From Octopus bimaculoides (Eukaryota), in NCBI RefSeq assembly GCF_001194135.2, contig NC_068982.1, forward strand, positions 55,681,964-55,745,963: 64,000 nucleotides of DNA, given 5' to 3'. A program made the translations under genes and the position numbers. Below the pieces are notes generated by a model. That model did not search any database and had not been told where the DNA came from. It was given only the letters and a program-made list of their open reading frames with translations. Position 1 is the first letter of the stretch. Each line of letters opens with the position of its first letter. This document shows, one piece after another, positions 25,291 to 38,585 of the stretch.

Positions 25291-26869
25291 ATGAATTCTA
25301 ATTAAGCTTTCACATTTGTGCACTTTATCAGAAACTGGTACTTTTCTATAACATCTGCATAGACATTGTATTAGGATTGCCAAGTTTTTTTTACACATGC
25401 CTTATTTATTTTGTTAATCTTTTTACATATGGGGGTTGTGTTCTAATTGACTTACAGTATCTGGTGTTTATAGACCAGACTAAAATATTGGGTAACATTT
25501 CTTTGTTACTTAGTCTCAGCTTACTGAAACCATTTACTATTTCAATCTGCAAAGTCAAAGTCACCTTGATAATTATTCTCTATTCTGCTTGTTTTTATTT
25601 TACATTTGCAGCACATTTAAGCTATTGCTGTAACTTATAGAAATTCCTCACAGAATTATAAATGGGTTTGATTATATCTGTTTCTGTGATCTTTTCTCAC
25701 TTGCTATTTGATGATCATTTAACCAAGTTTAAATCATTTCCAATATTCTATTTCTGTTCTGTACCCTGTGTATTTAGTGTAAAAGTAAGCACTGATTCAG
25801 CTAAGTTGTACACACAGAGGCATAAATATTCTATTGTTTACATTTCATTGCACTAGGGTAGTTCTCTCCCTTATCAAAACTAGGTATCAGTGGTGGAAAA
25901 AGCTATAATAGTAAACTGAGTCTTATTTAATGACAACGTGTTCCTTGTTTTTTCTAGCCATTACCATCTGTTTCTAGTTGCAAGTAAAAGAACGGAGTCA
26001 TATATATATATATATATATATATATANNNNNNNNNNNNNNNNNNNNNNNNNNNNNNNNNNNNNNNNNNNNNNNNNNNNNNNNNNNNNNNNNNNNNNNNNN
26101 NNNNNNNNNNNNNNNNNNNNNNNNNNNNNNNNNNNNNNNNNNNNNNNNNNNNNNNNNNNNNNNNNNNNNNNNNNNNNNNNNNNNNNNNNNNNNNNNNNNN
26201 NNNNNNNNNNNNNNNNNNNNNNNNNNNNNNNNNNNNNNNNNNNNNNNNNNNNNNNNNNNNNNNNNNNNNNNNNNNNNNNNNNNNNNNNNNNNNNNNNNNN
26301 NNNNNNNNNNNNNNNNNNNNNNNNNNNNNNNNNNNNNNNNNNNNNNNNNNNNNNNNNNNNNNNNNNNNNNNNNNNNNNNNNNNNNNNNNNNNNNNNNNNN
26401 NNNNNNNNNNNNNNNNNNNNNNNNNNNNNNNNNNNNNNNNNNNNNNNNNNNNNNNNNNNNNNNNNNNNNNNNNNNNNNNNNNNNNNNNNNNNNNNNNNNN
26501 NNNNNNNNNNNNNNNNNNNNNNNNNNNNNNNNNNNNNNNNNNNNNNNNNNNNNNNNNNNNNNNNNNNNNNNNNNNNNNNNNNNNNNNNNNNNNNNNNNNN
26601 NNNNNNNNNNNNNNNNNNNNNNNNNNNNNNNNNNNNNNNNNNNNNNNNNNNNNNNNNNNNNNNNNNNNNNNNNNNNNNNNNNNNNNNNNNNNNNNNNNNN
26701 NNNNNNNNNNNNNNNNNNNNNNNNNNNNNNNNNNNNNNNNNNNNNNNNNNNNNNNNNNNNNNNNNNNNNNNNNNNNNNNNNNNNNNNNNNNNNNNNNNNN
26801 NNNNNNNNNNNNNNNNNNNNNNNNNNNNNNNNNNNNNNNNNNNNNNNNNNNNNNNNNNNNNNNNNNNNN

Positions 26870-27210
26870 GCTTTCTGAACCTTATGAAAGAGATGACAGA
26901 GGACCAAGATATGTGGCGCATTGCTACACTTGAAAAGACCCACCCACCACAACAGAATTGAGATCCTAAAACCATGGTGCTATGTAAAAAGCACTGGTGC
27001 TGGTGCCATGTAGAAAGCACTGGTGATGGTGCTGCATAAAAAGCACCCAGTATACTTTGTAAAGTGGTTGGCATTAGGAAGAGCACCCAGCCATGGAAAC
27101 CGAGCTAAAACAGATTATGGAACCTGGTGTGACCCCTGACATTCCCAGTTCCTGTCAAGCCATCCAACCCATGCCAGCATGGAAAACAGATGTTAAATGA
27201 TGATGATGAT
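26870..27210 (+). mobile_element. 3' end of an RTE LINE (ORF2 C-terminus, 3' UTR and (GAT)n tail) emerging from a gap
   Basis: FLNLMKEMTEDQDMWRIATLEKTHPPQQN* followed by the tail repeat. Confidence 0.7.
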
Positions 27211-27264
27211 GTTAATTGCATACATCTTGTTAGAAATTTATTGAAAATTTCATTAAATATCTTA

Positions 27265-27457
27265 CCATATTTTCTAGTATTCAAGTCAAATTTTTCAGAC
27301 CAAAATTTACAGCCAAAAATGGTAGATCAACTCATACATTAAGGTGACTTTAGAGGGCAAAGATTCCATGTGAAATGCTGCAGGATTTGGAAAGATAGTG
27401 ACAATGCTTGCATGTTTACACTATATACTGTATGAACTTGTTTGCTGGAAATTACAG
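27265..27457. mobile_element. ~190-bp TA-flanked Tc2/pogo-like MITE; opposite-orientation copy at 41336-41521
   Basis: TIRs ccatattttctagtattcaagtc / aacttgtttgctggaaattacag. The second copy has ccatattttccagcatacaagttga / tttgacttgtatgccagaaaatacag, and its interior is the reverse complement of this one. Confidence 0.7.
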
Positions 27458-27499
27458 TATGTCATTTCTGATGGAAACAACAGTTAAATACATTCAAGC

Positions 27500-29070
27500 T
27501 GCACATTATTGATTTAGTTTTTATCATCCTGGTGTTGATAAAATAATTACCAGTCAAATCTTAGGTCAATATAATCAACTATTTCTCCTCCAAATTTCTG
27601 GTCTTTTGTTTGTTGGTGGAATTGTTAATGCTTTGTGAAATATGATTTGCAATATTTGATCCATGTCTTTACACTCTGAGTTCGAAGTTCACTGAGATCA
27701 GCTTGGGGGGTTTTCTCTCAGATCAAAAACTAATTAATGCTGTCATTTACTAAGTTCAATTTGATTGACTAATTCTTTCCCACAAAATTCAGGCATTGTG
27801 TCTATATTAGAAACCATTTTTATTATTATTACTATTGTTAAGGTGACAAGCTGGCAGAATCATTATCACACTGGACTAAATGCTTAACAGTATTTTGTCT
27901 GTCTTTATGTTCTGAGTTCAAATTCTGCTGGTCAACTTCACCTTTCATCCTTTTGGAGTCAATAAAATAAGTACCAGTTTTGCACTGGGTTGATGTAATC
28001 AGCTTAGCTCCTCCCCCCAAACTACTGGCCTTGTGCCAAAATTTGAAACCATTATTATTACTATTGTTAAGGCAGTGAGCTGGGTAGAATCATTAGTACT
28101 CCTGGCAAAATGCTAAGTAGCATTCTGTCTGTTTTTACATTCTAAGTTCAAATTCTACCAAGGTTGACTTTGTCTTTCATCCTTTTGGGCTTGATAAAAT
28201 AAGTACCAGTTGAACACTGGGGTTGATGTAATTGACTTATCCCTTCTCCCACAATTACTGGTCATGTGCCAAAGTTTGAAATCATCAAGCAGCAAGCTGG
28301 CAGAATCATTAACATGCCGGGTAAAATGTTTAGTGGCATTTTGTCTGTCTCTACATTCTAAGTTCAAATTCTGCTGAGGTCAGCTTTACCCTTCATCCTT
28401 TTGGGGTCAATAAATTAAGTACTAGTGAAACACTGGGGTCAGTGTNNNNNNNNNNNNNNNNNNNNNNNNNNNNATTTCAGGCCTTGTGCCTATAGTAGAA
28501 ACGATTATTATTATGTCAGAATTATTAGCACACTGGGAAAATGCTTAGTGGCACTTCTGTCATTATGTTCTGAGTTCAAATTCCACAATTCGACTTTGTT
28601 TTTCATCCTTTTGGGGTCCATAAAATATGTACCAGTCAAGTTAATGCAATTGACTTCCCCCTCCTCTCAAAAAACTTGCTCTTGTGCCAAAATTTGAAAC
28701 CACTAAAATTACTATTGTTGTTGTTGTTTTTAAGGCAGTTTTTTGGCCCATTCAGTTTTATTTGCTTTCCTTTACGTTCCAAGATCTAGTTCTGTTGAGG
28801 TTGATTTTACCTTTCATCTTTTTGGGGTTTGATGAAAATAAGTATTAGTCAAGTACTGGAGATCATGTAATCAACTGTTTCCTTGCCCAAAATTTATGGC
28901 TTTGTACCCATGTTAAAAATCATTATTATCAGGGTAGTAGATAGCTGAATTAGTAGAACCAGAAAAAAAACCTTGCAGTATTTAGTTACACAGTAGCAAT
29001 AAACTAAATAGTACAGTCAAGTAATGGGTTGATATAATTGACTATATCTTCTATTGGATTTTCTGGCTCT
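27500..29070 (+). repeat. Head-to-tail array of ~7-8 diverged family-C SINE copies
   Basis: Clear heads at ~27840, 28068, 28290, 28515 and 28732, with degenerate copies on both sides. Spacers are (att)n-actattgtt. Confidence 0.8.
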
Positions 29071-29074
29071 GAGA

Positions 29075-29460
29075 CTATCTTTTATCTTTTACTTGTTCCA
29101 GCCATTAGACTGTGCCCATGTTGGGGCACCATCTTGAAGAATTTTTAGTGGAATGAATTGACCCCGGTACTTATTTTTTGTTAAGCCAGGCACTTATTCT
29201 ATTTGTCACATTTGCTGAACTGCTAAATTACAGGGACGAAAACATACCAACGCTGGTTGTCAAATAATACAAGGACACGCATGCATGCACGCATGCACAA
29301 TGGGCTTCTTTCAGTTTCAGCCTACCAAATCCCCTTCACAAGGGTTTTGTTGGCTCTAAGCTATAGTAAAAGACATTTGCCCAAGGTTCCACGCAGTGGG
29401 ACTGAACCCAGAACCATGTGGCTGGAAAGCCAGCTTCTTACCACACAACCATGCCAGTTC
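29075..29460 (-). mobile_element. Bipartite tRNA-SINE (family B); other copies at ~6440-6670 (-), ~19650-19790 (+), ~30160-30570 (+), ~52220-52520 (-), ~57630-57720 (-) and ~62515-62613 (-)
   Basis: Head ggctgtgtggtaagaagc...gggttcagtcccactgcgtggaaccttgggcaa, internal (TG)n, then a second module ending in a short tandem tail. Confidence 0.75.
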
Positions 29461-30843
29461 CTATAGAGTATGTACTGTTTTCAATCCTAGGGCTCATAAA
29501 GCCAGTTCCCTGGTTTCCATGGCATATAAATAACTGAGATCACAACATTCCCCTTGAACAGGATGCCATTCCATTGCAGGTTTACTCATTTACAGCTGAG
29601 TGAACTGGGGCAACATGAAATGAAGTGTTTTGTTCAATAACATTATCTGATCTAAGAATCAAAGCCACAAGTGCAACACCCTAACAACAAGGCCATGTGC
29701 CTTCACAGAAAGGTAATAAAAGCCACTTAATGCAAAGTTAGATGATAAAATTTATTCAGTTTTTCAAGTAGAAATTTTACCATTTTGAATTGTAAAATTT
29801 CTACTTTATGTTCATTCACTTTATTGAATCCGTGCAGTTATTTTTGTTATGTAGAAAAAATATAACTCACCCATTTCATACCATTTCTAAGCAGCAACTC
29901 TCAAAAAGAAAACAAAAAAAAAAAAACAAGTATCCAAACAAAGAGACAATAAGTCTGATTCTGAGAGAATATGCACACTGGCAAGTTGCCTGATGGGGAA
30001 ATGATAATAAATGTTGAAGAAATTATATTCTCTGTCAGCTGTGTGAAATGTAGCAAGTTTTATATAGGCAGCCCCATTCACCCATTAAATTTATGAGGAA
30101 AAATGCCACCCTCCTGGTGGTTTTTATCCTAGTTTATGCAATGTGTGAAAATATATATATGTGGGTGCAAGTGTGACTGTGTGGTAAGAATTTTGCTTCC
30201 CAACCACATGGTTTTGGGTTCAGTCCCACTACATGACTCTCCAGGCTAACCAGAACCTTGTGAATAGATTTGGTAGACAGAAACTGAAAAAGAAGACTGT
30301 TGTATATGTATACATATGTGTGTGTTGTTGTGTGTGGGTGGTATTGTCTTCTTGTTTAGACATCACATAATAGTTGCAAATGAGTGTCACTGTTATGCAA
30401 GTAGTATCCTTCATTTCCAATCTTCTATGAAAACTTATCTAGTCATGAGGAAATATTACCTTATTTGGAAATAGCTGAGTGTTGGCAACAGGAAAGGCAT
30501 CTGGTCATTAAAATCTGCCTCAACAAATTCTGTCCGACCCACGCTAGCTTGGGAACATGGACATTGAAACAATGATGATGATAATATATATGTATATACA
30601 GTTTTTTGGTTTTAATACTTTTCTGTTTCTTTCTCCATGCTTGAAATATGAACTGGTTAAATCAGCAGATATGGATTTTCACATTTGAGACCAAAGAAAT
30701 CAGTCAGTGGTGTCACTTTCTCATCTAGACTACTTAAGCAAATAAAAAGCTGTTTACCTTGATTAGAGATATGAAAAAGTAGGTGACCATACAGAAATCT
30801 AATTTGATAATTTGATCTCTAAACTCTGCTGAATATTCATACA

Positions 30844-31867
30844 CAGGGTGCAGACAGAATTCATTTGCATGATGACTGTCTCAGGGAAAAACAAAACAGT
30901 GTTTTTATTTTTTGAGGTATATTCGTCAAATTTGGGTCAGATTATCTCCATGCCATGTTCTGTTAATCTCACCCAATGAACCTGCTTTTGGCCTTGATGA
31001 CAGCCTCCAGGTAATCTCAGAACTGGCCACAGGCCTTTGGCACTATCTCTTGTTGTAGGCCTCTGAAGGTTCTGTTAATTCTGGCCCTCAGCTCATCCTT
31101 CATGTTGCAGCTGGATTTGTTGGTCTCTCATTCCCTTGATCTCCACGTGAAGAAGTTGAGAGGATTGCAGTCAGGTGAGTTGAGAGGCCAAATGCAAGAT
31201 ACTGTGTGATTGAAAAAATTCTCCGACAGCCAGGTCTAAGTTTTTGGCTGGTGTGGTAGGGCACAAAATCTTACTGCGACATGTACGGCCCCCCTGCAGC
31301 TACCTGGTTGATTCAGGGCTTCACCACCTTGCTCAGAACATGGATGTAGCCATTGGTGTTCAGCCTGACTCTCTTAGGGAAGAAGTGCAGTGGCAAGATG
31401 TCACCTTCACGGCTGATGACACTGAAGACTATGATAGTCACTGGAAATGTTGCCTGCATGACTCTGGACATGTCCTTGTCTGAGACAGTGTTCTGGGAGT
31501 TGATCTTCTGGTTAGAGAAGAACATGTCTGGATCCAGCAGGTGTTTCAAGTTGTTGATCAGTTTCTTGGTGTGCTTGAGTCACTTTTCCTGCATTGCCTA
31601 GGACAGAAATTGTCCCTTCCTTATCTTGTATGAGATGTAGTAAATGTCCTCATGCACCACCAGCCTAATGAGAATTTCATCCACACCTTTTTCCCATGCA
31701 ATGGCACACATCAACACATCAAAAATTTTCCATAGTCAGTTATTCTGCCCAAAAAATAAAGCAAAAATGGTTGTTGTTTTTAAGAAGAAAATGACCGATA
31801 ATGAAAGTTAAAAAATATGTGTAAAATTAGCAGTTGAAAATTGTAAACAAATACTGTCCTCACCCTA
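30844..31867 (-). mobile_element. Degenerate DD37D (maT-like) element of a different lineage
   Basis: Termini cagggtgcagacag / ctgtcctcacccta. Peptides QATFPVTIIVFSVISREGDILPLHFFPKRVRLNTNGYIHVLSKVVKP and IWPLNSPDCNPL. Confidence 0.8.
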
Positions 31868-31902
31868 TAACTTCTTAACTATACAGTCATGTTTGTGCCT
31901 AC

Positions 31903-31960
<58 letters not shown>

Positions 31961-32155
31961 GTATAGTTAGAAATAGAAAGTTCTTGGTACAATATTATAT
32001 ATTTAAAAAAATTAATAGGAATAATTTTTCCTCTTGAATAATTAGATGTTTATAAACATGTAATTATTAAGGTGGAAAAATTATCAGAAAAGCCATTCAT
32101 ATTAATTTTTTCAAATATATATATATATATACACACACATATATATACATACATA

Positions 32156-33600
<1,445 letters not shown>

Positions 33601-35777
33601 TATGTTTGTGTATATGTAGATGTATGCCTATATTTGATATATAATTGAATAGACAATATATATTGGTCACTAGTTTTTATATATTTGTACCCCTTACCAC
33701 TAACATTAATTGAGATTGAAGAAAAGCAACTGACAAAAAGACTCAATAAATTTATTCATCAGAAAGTGGTCTGTTCTTTTCTACTCTAGGCACAAGGCCT
33801 GAAATTTTTTGGGAGAGGGTGCCAGTCGATTAGATCGACCCCAGTATGCAACTGGTACTTAATTTATTGACCCCCCCAAAAGGAAGAAAGGCAAAGTTGA
33901 CCTCAGCAAAATTTGAACTCAGAGCGTAAAGACAGATAAAATACCGCTAACATTTCTGCCAGCTCACCGCCTTAGAAAGTGGTCTATTATCTCTATCATG
34001 TGGCTCTCTGGCTTCGTTTAATCTCCTGTCTATCTCCCTTCCCTTTTTTTATGTGATGCCCATCTCCCTTATGCCAAATATAAACTGCTTCCCTGACTAA
34101 GATAGTTGGTTGTTATTTTTACGATGGTTTCATGAAAAGTTTTGTGTACATTCTGCATATTCATATGTATTTATCTAAATTAAACAATTGATAAGAAATG
34201 ACCAGAAAAATAACAGCAGCTACCATATTTTTTGTGCTTGAATCTGCTGGAATATATTAAGAATAAGAATGCAAATTATTATATCAGAGCTCGCTGTACA
34301 CAGTGCAAATAGTGATTTTTTATTAGAAGGTAGATAAAAGCACTGATCAGTAAACAGTTCATTTGCTGAAATTATAAACAAAGCCAATGGCTTGTATAAG
34401 CTAAAAAAGCTGGATGATTCCGGTTGAAGAACCACAACATGTTGAAATACAGATGTTCCAGAATCACTTGTTGAGTGTGTTATGAATAGACTGCCATCAT
34501 AAAAGGGAAAAGTTGTTCTCCTGTGATGTACACAACAGTGACTTGCATATTTGCATTTGAAAATGCTGGAACATATTATGAATATGCAAATGATTGTTTG
34601 GGTAGAAAAGATTTTTATTAAAATTTGTTTTAATCAATTCAAGGAATATAGTCTCTATCAAAATCAAAATGTTTTAAAATATTCTTTAATGTTTCAGAAT
34701 AATGATAGTAAGTAAATCTGTTAAAAGTGATCTGTTTTAAATCAAAGTTACTGTTTTACATATCTATAATACAACTATTGCATATAATGACAATGTGAAA
34801 CATTTTTGAAATGGCTGGTAATATTTACTCACTGTCTTTAATCAAGACCACACAATATGCAAAATTATTATTGTTAAGGTGGTGAACTGGTAGAACTGTT
34901 AGCCCACCGGGCAAAATGCTTTATGGCATTTTGTCCATCTTTGTGTTCTGAGTTCAAATTCCGCCAAGGTTGACTTTGTTTTTCATCCTTTCAGGGTTGA
35001 TAGAATAGGTACCAGTTGAACATTGGAGTTGATGTAATTGATTTATCCCTTCTCCTGAAACTGCTGGCCTTGTGCCAAAACTTGAAATCAATTTTTATTC
35101 ACTGTCTTTAATCCTCAAGACCATAAAATAAGTAAAATTCTTGAAAAAAACTCAGGAATGGTGTAAAATCTCTGAAGATATATCATGAAACAACATTTAA
35201 TGATCTCTCAATGTTATCTTCAAAAACATCCCCTCCTATACAAAACTATTTTGGTATCATCTAAATTTGTAAATTTTTGAAACCCACTGAACATTCAACT
35301 AAATGACGTAGAATTCCATTGATAAGAAAATGAAGTACATAAATAAAAAGGAACCATAATGGAACCATTGAGGACTGAAGATTAGTTTATTTTAAAAGAT
35401 AAAGATAGAAATGATATCAAACAAGAAAATATCTTAAAAATTTTTTTACTCCAGATATTTTCCCCTGTATTATTGTTTGTTCTTGTATAAAGTGCATTGG
35501 TTAAAAAAAACCCAAACAAATAAAAATAAATAAAATATTTTATTTTTTATGCATATTTTAGAAATAAAATAGCTTTGCTTTAGAAAAAAAGTGTAACAAA
35601 CATTTTGGATACATTGAAGAAATCAATGAAACTAGCAGTTTATGAGGGAATGAACATGATAAGGTGAATGTGTTCAAATTTGTACCAAGTTTCATTGCAA
35701 AATATATTTTAATTGGGAATTATTTCTCATCACATTTTATTGCACCTGTACTTCTATTAATACATTGTGTGTTAAGT

Positions 35778-35813
<36 letters not shown>

Positions 35814-35989
35814 CCTTATCAATAATGGGTTTTACCATCTTATGTTTCTATCTTCCTTACTATCTTCTACTCTCATGTAGCTTGCCAGGTGCATCTGTTT
35901 ATAAGCTGCATATCTTTTATTACCATGTGATAACATGTTTTATTTTATATCTTCATTGGTTGATATGATATTTTTATTTCTTTATTCAG

Positions 35990-36126
35990 CATAACAATGA
36001 ATTGAATGAACTTATGAAAGATATGGAAGGATGGAGAGCTGCATTGCTTCGCTTAAACGGTGTCGTTGACTGGGACCGGCCATACCATCCACTTGTACTT
36101 TTGGCTCCAATAACAATTATTTTTCT
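35990..36126 (+). CDS. ARL6IP1: Internal coding exon (equivalent to exon 2) of ADP-ribosylation factor-like 6-interacting protein 1, a reticulon-like ER-shaping protein
   Basis: Acceptor tttttatttctttattcag| and donor |gtgagt flank 137 nt (phase 0 to 2). It encodes HNNELNELMKDMEGWRAALLRLNGVVDWDRPYHPLVLLAPITIIF(L), which aligns by eye with human LEEQLQGWGEVMLMADKVLRWERAWFPPAIMGVVSLVFL. Length and end phase match human exon 2 as I recall it (134 nt, phase 2). Confidence 0.85.
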
Positions 36127-38436
36127 GTGAGTAACTGTTAATTTTTTCCATTTGTAATAAAGTTTACCACTTCTTGAAAAAAAAAAAATATATAACCTTT
36201 GTTTGAACTTTTTCATTTAAAAACTGAAAACTTCCATCATTTTATGAATGTGAAGACCAACTGTTGAAGTATACTAGGTCCTATGAAGGAAATCTGATCT
36301 ACCTTTTCCTCTGGTCATATCTATTGGTAAAGATAAACTTGGTACTATTATACAATGGGACATCTGTCAGTTTTACAATTTTGCACTTGCTTATATCTAG
36401 TTGGACTGGGGTAGTGAGAATTATATTTTCACAATGGGTATTTTGCAACATTGGTGACAGGATTAGCATCTTTTTAGCTGACTGGTATTTACTCTATCTG
36501 TGACCATGTGTTACATTTCATATGAAAGCATCATGTAATGGCTAGGATTGGGCCACCAGTGAGCGTTTTTATCGTCATACACCACCTCTTTCTCTTTCTC
36601 TCTCTCTGTATTCCTGCTGAGGTAACCATGTATCTCTTCTATAGCAAGACACCTGGTTCTGTCCCTCTATCAAAATCTAGCCTCTCATCATCTGGCACAA
36701 AGCTACCTCTGTCAATACCACTCCCCTCTCAGTTGAGGGGTCTTTGTCTTGCAAGTTACTTGGTGATCTTACTGGTGCTGATACCATGTAAAAATCATCC
36801 AGTACACTCTGTAAAGTGGTCGGTGTTAGGAAGGGCATCCAGCCATAGAAACCATGCCAGAGCAGACAGTAGAGTTTGGCACAGTCTTGTGGCTTACCAG
36901 CTCCTACCAAATTGTCCTGCCCATGCCAGTGTTGAACATGAACGTTAAAATTATGATGATAGTGTATTATTGGCAAGTGGGAACCACTTGAAGATTCCAT
37001 CACCCTCCAGGTTATTGACTCAACTGGAAATCACAAGCACATGAAATAAGTAAAATAATTGAACTAGATATTGAACCATCAACACAAACGTTTTCTGAGA
37101 GCTTTCCATTTTTTTGTGACACTGACATTTTAACTTCAAGATTCAAAACTGAAGAGTAGAACTGAAATATTGTTTATAGGAAGAAAAAGAAAGGAAAAAA
37201 AACAAACAAACAAACCTGGCTTGGTATAAAGTATGATTAAAACAAAACTGTATGAAATGGTAAAAGTAATAATCAGATATGCTGAGATACTGAGAACGCT
37301 TTACTACTGGAAGTTGTACTCTTTGAAAGGAAAATAAATTGGCATTCAGTAAGATAGAAAAGTAGTAGTGATAGGAAATAGGATTTGGCAAGGGAGTTGA
37401 AATTTGAGTAAAACAGAATAGAGCTGTAGATGGAATGAACACTGAAATAAAGTCTGTAGTTGTTTTAGTCTAATAGAGAAAGATTAAGTTTAATGAGGAT
37501 TTTCCATTTAGAGGGGAGCATTGGATAATCTTAACTTGAAATTTGTAAAGAATATCTTGGCCTAAGTAATGTATGATATATATCAGTTCTTTTTATTTTT
37601 GGAAATTAAGTAAATATAAGATTAGAAAATTATTTCTTGTTATTTTTACTGTTGGGTAGAACTTGTATAGATGCTTCAATTTTACTTAGAATATTTGTAC
37701 TTATGCATGCATAAAAAATTCCTATGAAAAGAAAAATTAAGGAAGTATTTTAAAACAACTAATTCATTTGGTTATTCTGGGAAATTGTATTTGTTTTAAG
37801 TTTTGGCAAAGGACCAGCAGTTTTTGAGGGGAGTAGAAAGTTGATTACATTGATCCCCAGTACTTGATTGGTATTTATTTCATCGACCTTGGAAGGAAGA
37901 AAGGCAAAGTTGACCTTGATGGAATTTGAGTTCAGAACATAGTGATGAACAAAATGTTTGGCAGCATTTTGTCCAGCATACTATTGGTTCTGCCAGCTCA
38001 CCACCTTATTCTGGTAATTTATAAAGATGATGTTTATTTATTTTTAATAAGGTAATTGTCCTTAGTTTAGAATTAAAGGTTCCTAATCAAATCTACTCTG
38101 GTACTGTGTACGTAGCTAGGAGTAAGATAACTGTTGTTATCCGGGGATGAAACCAACTGAAATATTGTGTAGAGGTAAATATTAAAAAAAATTTATCTCT
38201 AAGCTGATAGGTGAAAAGTCATAAGCTTATCACAATCTCAAGTTTGAACACTTTTAATAATGGTTTCTAGGTAATAAACTTACGTTAAGTCAAGAAGACA
38301 GACACTTAGTAAACAAGCTTTTGATAAAATTTCTTCTGTTTAGACTGCCTGTAATGTGAAGAACATTCAGCTATTAAATATCACTACTCTCAGTTCAGCA
38401 GCAGCGTTGTGAATTTATAGTAAAATTGTAATTTGA

Positions 38437-38585
38437 AAAACGCAATCAAATAAAAAGAAGATATATCACATGGAAAAATGCAATCAAATAAAAAGAAGAT
38501 ATATCACATGGAAAAATGCAATCAAATAAAAAGAAGATATATCACATGGAAAAATGCAATCAAATAAAAAGATATATCACATGGA
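38437..38585. repeat. Minisatellite, 4 x 38 bp
   Basis: Unit aaaatgcaatcaaataaaaagaagatatatcacatgga. The first copy has one substitution and the last lacks 3 bp. Confidence 0.95.

Noticed and set aside
36264-36503. Hydrophobic ORF just downstream of the ARL6IP1 exon as exon 3
   Set aside because: It lacks the DPS/EPS, D[YF]xxP and terminal Trp pattern, and has no fitting donor.
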